Notes under the pieces: generated by a model
Seen by the model: only the letters and a program-made list of their open reading frames with translations
The model's database searches: none
What the model was told of the DNA's origin: nothing
Position numbers and translations under genes: made by a program
Part shown: in pieces, positions 54,430 through 64,000 of the stretch
Position numbering within the stretch: position 1 is the stretch's first letter
Layout: the number at the start of each line of letters is the position of its first letter
Origin: Octopus vulgaris
Lineage: Eukaryota
DNA length: 64,000 bases
Assembly: GCA_951406725.2 (NCBI GenBank)
Contig: OX597832.1
Location: 28,644,001-28,708,000, forward strand
Direction: 5' to 3'

Positions 54430-54962
54430 GGCGTAGGAGTGGCTGTGTGGTAAGTAGCTTGCTTACCGACCACATGGTTCAGGGTTCAGTCCCACTACGT
54501 GGTACCTTGGGCAAGTGTCTTCTACTATAGCCTCGGGTCGACCAAAGCCTTGTGAGTGGATTTGGTAGACGGAAACTGAAAGAAGCCCTTCGTATATAAG
54601 TGCATATGTGTGTGTGTATATGTGTCTGTGTTTGTCCTCCCAACATCGCTTGACAACGGATGCTGGTGTGTTTACGTCTCCGTAAATTAGCGGTTCGGCA
54701 AAAGAGACCGGTAGAATAAGTACAAGGCTTACAAAAAATAAGTCCTGGGGGTCGATTTGCTCGACTAAATGCGGTGCTCCAGCATGGCCACTATCAAATG
54801 ACTGAAACAAGTAAAAAAAAAAAAGAGGCACAAAATCTGAATTTTGTGGGGAGGGGACTAACGGTTACATCGACCCAGTGTTTCACTGGTATTTAATTTA
54901 TCAACACCGAAAGGATGAAAGGTAAAGTCGACCTCGGTGGAATTTGAACTCAGAACGTAGCG
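54430..54962. mobile_element. SINE family B (+, 54430-54812) abutting SINE family A (-, 54825-54962)
   Basis: Matches to both family consensuses seen elsewhere in the window. Confidence 0.85.
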
Positions 54963-55474
54963 ACTCTCAAGAAGTTAATAATAAAAAAATATTACAAGTC
55001 TCTAAAATGATGTAACTTTAACCAATCGGAAACGTCTATTGCTGACATACCAGAAGTCGCAGTTGTCTGTTTCCATGGAACAGCTTTAGCGTTACGTGAC
55101 AAGACTTATGTGTACGTGTGCGTGTGTATACTTATGTGTGTATGTATGTGTGTGTAGTTGGTGTTATAATGAATATGGTTTGTTTTCTATCTAAGATGGT
55201 TATGAAAAAGGGTTGCTTGGTAGCTGTACAGTTTAAAGAAGGTTTACCACGAGAAAGACTAACAACTGAAGGATTACTGAAGGAAAAGCTTCTAATTGAA
55301 GGGCTGCTAATTAAAGGATCGGGTAATAAGGAATAGACTTCAAAATATAAACTCAGCAATCGGTGCAATATTACACCGTGAACCACAATAGGCCGCAATA
55401 GGCTGCAATAGCTCATAATAGCCCACGATAGGTCATAATAGCTCACAAAATACAACAACGGACAACCATATATG

Positions 55475-55695
55475 CAGCACCGTCCTAAGGCATGGGTATA
55501 CTGGGTGGTTGACCAGGGGCTCCAACCGATCTAGAGGCCTCAAGAATCTAGGGATCCTACGGTTTTAGAAGACCCACGGGTCTACGAGCCCTATTCTAAA
55601 CTATGTATACTGTGGTTTGCTATCACTAAGTACGTACTATAGGGCTCACTGTATTGATTTGTAATGGGGCCTATAATGCTATAAAGGCGGCCCTT
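55475..55695. mobile_element. Degenerate MITE-like element with CAGGGCCG-type ends
   Basis: cagcaccgtcctaa ... taaaggcggccct; it interrupts a 10-bp caatagg minisatellite. Confidence 0.4.
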
Positions 55696-55921
55696 TGTAT
55701 ATGACAATAGGGCACAATAGAACTCGATAGGTAACAACAGTCCGCAGCACAGACAATGGACGACAAGCAATTCAACAGATGCAATAAATCACAACAGAGA
55801 CAAGTAAGATACAATGGATATAATATGATATACTTTACAAATTATTCTGCACGAAATTAGACTTAGAATCTCAACATAACATATTTAGCTCTATAAATAA
55901 ATAGAATCTACATAATAAAAC

Positions 55922-56307
55922 AAGAGTCCTCAGAGAGCGCAAACCTCCGTCGAGGCAACACCAACGTCCTCTCAGCGATTAACCAGAGATGATTTTTAAA
56001 ATGAGAATATCTGAAATAAGCTCGACTGCTCTCTAAAATGAGAATACTAAAAATGAACCTGATTGCTCTCAAAAATTAAGTAAAAAAAACAAAAAACAAA
56101 AAAAACAGGAAAAATAATCCAGAATCCTTGTCCGGTACCGGATCGATCCCAAAATCTAATCAGTTCATGCCAGTCACGAGGTCAAACATCACTGAAAGTT
56201 TCATCAGAATCCATCGAGCGGTTCTTGAGATATCTTCTCCACGGACAAACAAACCAACAAACACGACGGAAAACAATACCACCGTCTTTTATACGGTGGA
56301 GGTAATA
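55922..56307 (-). mobile_element. HINE/DINE-like element, copy 2
   Basis: Colinear with 15565-15930; acctccgtc / ggtggaggt inverted subterminal repeats. Confidence 0.65.
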
Positions 56308-56890
56308 ATAATGATAAGAAGAAGAAAAAAAGGTCTACATATCGCTAAACACTTTACACAAAACATATTGGTTTTAAATTTTAGCACAAAGCTAAATACA
56401 AAGGCGACCTCCGCTGAATTTGAACACAGAACGTACGTCATGTCACTATGCATTGTGAGCCGGCGTGCTAACGACTCTGCAATCTCCCCGCCTTTACAGT
56501 CTACGTTTTACTATAGTTTCTACACAATACAACTGACACCCTACGTAAAACTCTACATTCAGCATAATACTATACACCCTCCATTTTATCATATACTCTA
56601 CACAATGTAAAATACTACGCAGTCAATTGTACGAACTCAATTCAGAATTTTTATACTTTAAAACACAAAAATATTTATTATATAAGTTATACGTAGTGTG
56701 AATATGGTTAATGAAATAGCTAAATTGATAACGTCATCTATTACACACACGCATATACACACACATGCATACATGCATACATATTCATATATTCGTGTGT
56801 GTGTATGTGTGTGTATATATGTATGCATATGTATATATATATATATTTATATTTATGTATGATATATAGATATCTATATCTATATCTATA

Positions 56891-56943
<53 letters not shown>

Positions 56944-57325
56944 ATATATACACATACACATAAAATGGACGTCTGAGATAATATGTGCGTGTTTGTGTGT
57001 GTGTGTCTGTGTGTTGCAGACAATACGGCGACACACAGACAGAACGACTGACAAGGACAGGACAGACATAACTTTAACAGATTATCAGAATTTTAATGAG
57101 AATACAAATAATTTATCTCACGCACACACGCACACACAGCCTCACAAAGATCTACACACGCACATTCACACACACACACACACTCATACACACACACACA
57201 GATCTACACACGCACATACACACAGACATATGCTTTTACACAACTGAATACAAATGATATAAGATTCAGACGATATGCGCAACACATACACACACAATCA
57301 CACACATATATATTTACATACATAT

Positions 57326-57375
<50 letters not shown>

Positions 57376-57565
57376 GTATATATACACAGACGTTCAAATA
57401 CATACGTAGCTGCATACATATACTATACATATATATATACACACGCACATATACATACACACGCGAACATATGTATATGAATATATATATATGTGTGTGT
57501 GTGTATATACATATATATATGCACACATTAATATATATATATATATATATATACACACATTACAC

Positions 57566-57597
<32 letters not shown>

Positions 57598-57661
57598 AAT
57601 CACACAAACATATATAACCACATACATATACCTATACATATATATATATATATTACTTATG

Positions 57662-57736
<75 letters not shown>

Positions 57737-58219
57737 CATATGCATACATATATGTACACACGGACACATGCATACACATACTTACATTCTTACATATAAA
57801 CACATGAACACATACTTACGTACATACAAACGTACATAGATAATGTACTCACACACACAAACACACACACACACGCGCACACATGCACACACACACACTC
57901 ATACATGTGTGTATATGGCGGCTGTATATGTTTTGGATAGATTAATGAGTGTAAATAATGTCTGAAAAATGAGCGACTTAACAAAGGAGGTTTGATAAAG
58001 TAATAATAACATAATATGGCGGATATTAATAATGGCGACTCCTCCTACTCCATTCCATCTTTCACCTCTCTCCTCCCTCTCTCTTTCTCCCTTGTCTTTC
58101 ACAACCTCATGAATATTCATCTATGCATATTAGCATCGATAACCATACAAGCATATACATACGTACATACATACATGTATACATTCATACAAACGTTCAA
58201 AACCCATCACCAACACCAC

Positions 58220-58273
<54 letters not shown>

Positions 58274-58379
58274 CTCAATGTTGATGTATATTATATAGTT
58301 GGAAAAATTAATAAGTGCATTTGTTTGCTTATATATCGGCTCGTCTGAATAGACTATATTTACGTGTGTGTGCATAATC

Positions 58380-58410
<31 letters not shown>

Positions 58411-58659
58411 TGTATGTATGTATGTATGTATGTATGTATGTATGTATGTATGTATGTATGTATTTATGTATGTATGCATGTTTGTATGTATGTTTGTATG
58501 TATGTATGTCTGTATTTATGTATAAGCGTATGTGAGCATGAATGTATGTATGGATGTATGCATGTGTGTATATATATTTGTATATATATATATGTATATA
58601 TATATAATGTATGTATATGTATGGATGTATATAGATATGAATATGTGTATATCTGTCTC

Positions 58660-58720
<61 letters not shown>

Positions 58721-58753
58721 ACGTGTGTGGGTCTTTCTTTCACCCTCTCTCTC

Positions 58754-58797
<44 letters not shown>

Positions 58798-58858
58798 GTA
58801 TGTATATACGTATGTATGTGTATATGTTTATGTGCCTGCTTGGTTGTGTGTACATACG

Positions 58859-58917
<59 letters not shown>

Positions 58918-59544
58918 ATGTCGATGTACCTTTGTGCATTTGCTTGCAATTGGCAATTGAAGCAGAATCCTCAGCCATATTGCTTTTGAGATGCACCACA
59001 ATGTATGTGTCAATACAGAATCACGGGCACACGCACACACACACACACACACCGATACTCATACACGAGGTAAAAAGGCATGTTTGCAGATACGTGTGCG
59101 TGTGATGTGTATGTGTGTGCGTGCTTGCGTGTGTGTGTGTGTATCTATCGCAGTCACACACACACACACACACACACATATACAAATATGAATATGAAGA
59201 AAGAGATAAACTAATAGAAATAGCTTAAATAAACATATGCGAAGTAATATAAACGCACGCGTTTGCAAACGTATGCACACACGAATGTTTGTGTGTGTAC
59301 ACACACACATACACACACACAAACACACTCACGCACATACATACACACACACACACATACACATATATATATATTGTTCTTTCTCTCTTCAACTCTGTCA
59401 CTCTCTTTCTTGGCATCGATCTATCTATCTGACTATATATTTACACACACGCACGAACGCACGCGTGCACACACACACACATTCGTATACACTGACAGAC
59501 ATATGTGTGTATTGCATACATGTGCGTACATTCATATAAAGTTA

Positions 59545-59649
<105 letters not shown>

Positions 59650-59876
59650 TATATATATACAGACATACACATTTATAAATATATATATATATATATATAC
59701 ATGCATACATATATATACATTTATATATACACACAATATATATACACACACATATATATAAAAGTATAGTTAAAAAGTGTACGTATAAGTGTGTGTGTGT
59801 GAGTATATACATGTATGTATGTATGTATGTATGTATATATAAATATTTCTGTATGTGTGAGTGTGTGTGTATATAA

Positions 59877-60003
<127 letters not shown>

Positions 60004-60348
60004 GACAGCATTAATCTAAGCGTTGCAGTGGGTGTGTGAGGAAATAAGCAATCTGAGCCAGTCTGAAGGAGCGGTGATATTATGGGGCAGGGGTGGGTGA
60101 GTGACTTGTTGCAATATTTTGAGAGAAATCTCGTGGAATAGTTTCTATCGATCACAATGATGCCAGAGTGGTGATGATCAATAGAATATATTAGAGCCGA
60201 GATTGGAATGCCAGAACGATTTATACTATGGCTGTAGATCTCAAGCTTTGCTTGTAATCTAATCAAGGAAGCGAAGAAGTCGGTTTTGGTTTCGAAACAT
60301 TCTTCGACTGGAATATGGACGGACGGAATTGGTTTACTTTTATATATA

Positions 60349-61040
60349 CTCTTTACTCTTTACTCTTTTACTTGTTTCAGTCATTTGACTGCGGCCATGC
60401 TGAAGCACCGCCTTTAGTCGAGCAAATCGACCAGTACTTATTCTATCGGTCTCTTTTGCCGAACCGCTAAGTGACGGGGACGTAAACACACCAGCATCGG
60501 TTGTCAAGCAATGCTAGGGGGACAAACACAGACACACAAACATATACACTCACACTTATAATATATATATACATATATACGACAGGCTTCTTTCAGTTTC
60601 CGGTCGGCCCGGGGCAATAGCAGAAGACACTTACCCAAGGTTCCATGCAGTGAGACTGAACCCGGAACCATGTGGTTGGTAAGCAAGGTACTTACCACAC
60701 AGCCACTCCTGCTAATATTATTATTTTTTTTTTTTTATGATCAAAAATTGACATCAACGGACGTCTTCAGGAAAAGATGCCAAATTCTTGCGTTTCATAA
60801 CTGGTCTTTTTTTTTATTCTTTTACTTGTTTCGGTTACTAGACGGTGGCCATGCTGGGGCACCGCTTTTGCTGAATTTGTCTTAATCGAAGGACCTGACC
60901 ACGATACTTAATTTTTCAAAGCCTGGTATCTATTCTGTCGGTCGCTTTTGTGGAACCGCTTGTCACTGAGACGTAAACAAACCAGCACCGGTTGTCAAGC
61001 GGTGGCGGGGGACAAACACAGACACAAACACAAACAAACA
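60349..61040 (-). mobile_element. SINE family B copies: one internally deleted (60349-60711) and a diverged 3' half (60820-61040)
   Basis: RC of the family B consensus. Confidence 0.82.
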
Positions 61041-61244
61041 CACATGCACACACACATAATAATCCATCCAAGGAGTATTGTTGTCATTACTCACACACAC
61101 ACACACGCGCGCGCGCGGGGGGTGCGTAAGATATTTGAGGACAGATTTATCTTTATAAAGAAACCTATATATAATGACAGATAATAACTTTATTCATCAA
61201 AAAATATTATGAGGATAAAAATAAGCCTTCTTTTCTTTAATGTT

Positions 61245-61795
61245 ATTCAATGAAGCCACCTTCAGCTACATTAACTGCTTCTATATGAGATCTAAATCAT
61301 CGATGCTCGAATCAAGTGGTTCTGCTTCATTTTGGACATTACTCTGACTATGGCAGCTTTCATAGAATCTTTGGTATTATGGGTGTGTTCATTGACCTCT
61401 GTCTCAACAAAGCTCACATGTAATAGTCCAATGGATTGAGATCTGGGGGAATTAGGAGGCCACATGTTAGGGGTTATGTGATCATGAAAATTTTCAGCCA
61501 TCCATTCGTGTGTTACTAGAGCCATGTGTAATAGTGCAGAGTCTTACTGAGATACACATGGCCTTCCATTGCTTACAATATCTCTCAAGGGATTAACAGT
61601 TATTTCCAGGACCTCAATGTAGGTGGCATAATTAAGGCCTTGTGGAAAGAAGTAAGGAGACATCACATGTCCTTCATTACTGACAACCCCTAAAACCATG
61701 ACAGTTGCAGGAAATTATATATGCATAACACTTGGAACTTCAGAAGAGTCTGCACATAACCATCCGTCACTTCCGTTAACTTTTTCATCTTGATG
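61245..61795 (-). pseudogene. Tc1/mariner-superfamily DD37D (maT) transposase relic
   Basis: RC: FPATVMVLGVVSNEGHVM..., GRPCVSQ*DSA..., WPPNSP/DLNPLDY (frameshift). There are 37 residues between the second and third catalytic D. Confidence 0.85.
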
Positions 61796-61892
61796 CATAC
61801 ATAATTACAGACATACCTAAACACACACGCATATATGCATATATATTGTAGTTATTTGACGACGGAGCGATTTATATTAAATCTATAACTTT

Positions 61893-62241
61893 TTTACTCT
61901 TTTACTTGTTTCAGTCATTTGACGGCGGCCATGCTGGAGCACCGCCATTAGGCGAGCAAATCGACCCCAGGACTTATACTCTGTAAGCCAGCATCGGTTG
62001 TCAAATGATGTTGGGGGGGGGGTACAAACATAGACACACAAACATATACACACACATGCATATATGTATACATATATACGACGGGCTTCTTTCACTTTCC
62101 ATCTGCCAAATCCACTCACAAGGCTTTGGTCGGCCCGAGGCTATAGTAGAAAACACTTGCCCAAGTAGCCACGCAGTGGGACTGAACCCGGAACCATGTG
62201 GTTGGTAAGCAAGCTACTAACCACACAGCCACTCCTGCGCC
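61893..62241 (-). mobile_element. SINE family B with an internal deletion
   Basis: RC of the family B consensus. Confidence 0.88.
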
Positions 62242-62477
62242 TATAATAAAAGACTTTGGATCCGTGACCATCCTGCCTTGTTTTACAACCATTGTACTTC
62301 TAGAACATTATTTCTCCCAACCTTCAGTTTTTAAATTAGTAATATGTGATTTAATGGTAATTGAGAATTATTTCTAGCGGGTGAGGCATCCACGTAGCGG
62401 TGTGGCTCTTGGTTGTAAGTCATCCGGCTGTTGTTGTTGTTGTCCCCCTCCTTCTTCCTCTTCTTCTTCTTCTTCTT

Positions 62478-62579
62478 ATGGAGCTTAATAAACACTCACA
62501 ATGCCCAGTCTGGGTATCGAAACCGCGTTCTTACGACCGCGAGTCTGCTGCCCTAACCACTGGGCCATTGCGCCTCCAC
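62478..62579 (-). mobile_element. SINE family C head fragment
   Basis: RC gtggaggcgcaatggcccagtggttagggc..ggtttcgataccc, homologous to the copy at 9223. Confidence 0.75.
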
Positions 62580-62811
62580 TCCGGTTGTTGTTTTAATACC
62601 TGCAGTCGTTTAACTTCAATGGAAGACACTAACGATCACAAGTATTCCAACCATAACCACCACGTCTGTTGAGAATATGTACATCCTTTCCGTTTCATAT
62701 CTCCTTTCCGTTTAAGAAGGTACGATTTGAAAGAGTTTTGGTCTCTATTTCTTGCGACGTGAATGACCAGGTATATTATTGATGTTGTTGTTGTTGTTTG
62801 CATTGCTGCAG

Positions 62812-62843
<32 letters not shown>

Positions 62844-63354
62844 ACTTTATCTGTTGTTTTTGTTAAAGTGTTCACTCCAACCTCTCCATTTGCAGATCGT
62901 TGCCATGGAGATAACTAATTGGAAAATCGCTTGACCATTGTTCTAGTTGTTGTGGTCATGTTGACTTATTGTGAGGCAAGCTGCCCTAACAGAAGCATGG
63001 ACACACCGACACACACACACACACACACACACAGAGCAGATGTAATTATCAACAATTACACAAGCACACACACATACACACACAATGTGTGTGTGTGTGT
63101 GTGTGTACATCTTAATGCGCCTGTATGAATTTGTTACTCTTTTTGCAAATGTCTAATTAATAACTCTGTATGTGTGTGTGCGTGTGTCTGCATGTAAGTG
63201 TGTGTTTATGAATGCGTGTGAGTGTACGGATGTGTGTGTGTGTGTGTACGGGTGTGTGTGTGTGAGTGAGAGAGAGAATCTTTATATTAAAATTGTTAAC
63301 GTCAGTACAATCGAGAGATATTAATTAAATCAACAGATGACGATGACGATGATG

Positions 63355-63798
63355 GTCATAATCATCATCATCGTCATCGTCGTTATCGTCGTCGTCGTCG
63401 TCGTCGTCGTCCTCCTCCTCCTCCTCATCATCATCATCATCAGCATCCTCATCCTCATCATCTTCATCATCTTCATCATCGTTGTCATCCTCATCCTCCT
63501 CACCATCCTCCTCCTCCTCATCGTCGTCGTCGTCATCATCATCATCATCATCATCATCCTCGCTATCATCGTCTTCATCATCATTATCATTGTCGCCGTC
63601 GTCGTCTTCATCATAATCATCATCATCGCCATCGTCGTCATCCCCCTCCTTCTCCTCCTCCTCCTCATCATCATCATTATCGTCATCGTCTTCTCATTCA
63701 TCATCATCATTATCATCATCATCATCATCATCCTCATCACCCTCCTCCACCTCCTCCTCCTCATCATCATCATCATCATCGTCGCCGTCGTCGTCGAC

Positions 63799-63836
<38 letters not shown>

Positions 63837-63917
63837 CATCACCCTCCTCCTCCTCCTCCTCATCATCATCATCATCATCGTCGTCATTATCATCGTCGCC
63901 GTCGTCGTCGACTTCAT

Positions 63918-63964
<47 letters not shown>

Positions 63965-63981
63965 ACATCATCATCATCATC
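63355..63981. repeat. Compound (CAT/CGT/CCT)n trinucleotide array with internal higher-order duplication
   Basis: catcgtcgccgtcgtcgtcgacttcat occurs twice, ~114 bp apart. Confidence 0.92.
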
Positions 63982-64000
63982 TGAACTGGCAAACGATCGA

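Noticed and set aside
63330-63992. Hydrophobic I/L/V and M/R ORFs over 200 aa
   Set aside because: A triplet-repeat array open on both strands.

Overview
AT-rich, microsatellite-saturated eukaryotic non-coding DNA (intergenic or a very large intron). The repeat families are of the kind I associate with octopus genomes; this taxonomy is an inference. No intact protein-coding gene is supported, and essentially all ORF-track entries are translations of (TA)n, (CA)n, (TATG)n, (TTC)n, (AAT)n or (CAT)n. The window holds many copies of at least three tRNA-derived SINE families, decayed LINE fragments (RTE, CR1/L2-like, R4/Dong-like), a DD37D (maT) transposase relic, two HINE-like elements, two ~200-bp fold-back palindromes and several minisatellites. 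Most interesting are: a minimal hammerhead-ribozyme-like fold with palindromic helix III inside a (TA)n-flanked element; SINE dimers that share a palindromic junction; a bipartite SINE carrying an expanding internal microsatellite; a LINE/SINE shared 3' tail; and a candidate 25-nt microexon ending in ATG. All alignments were made by eye.
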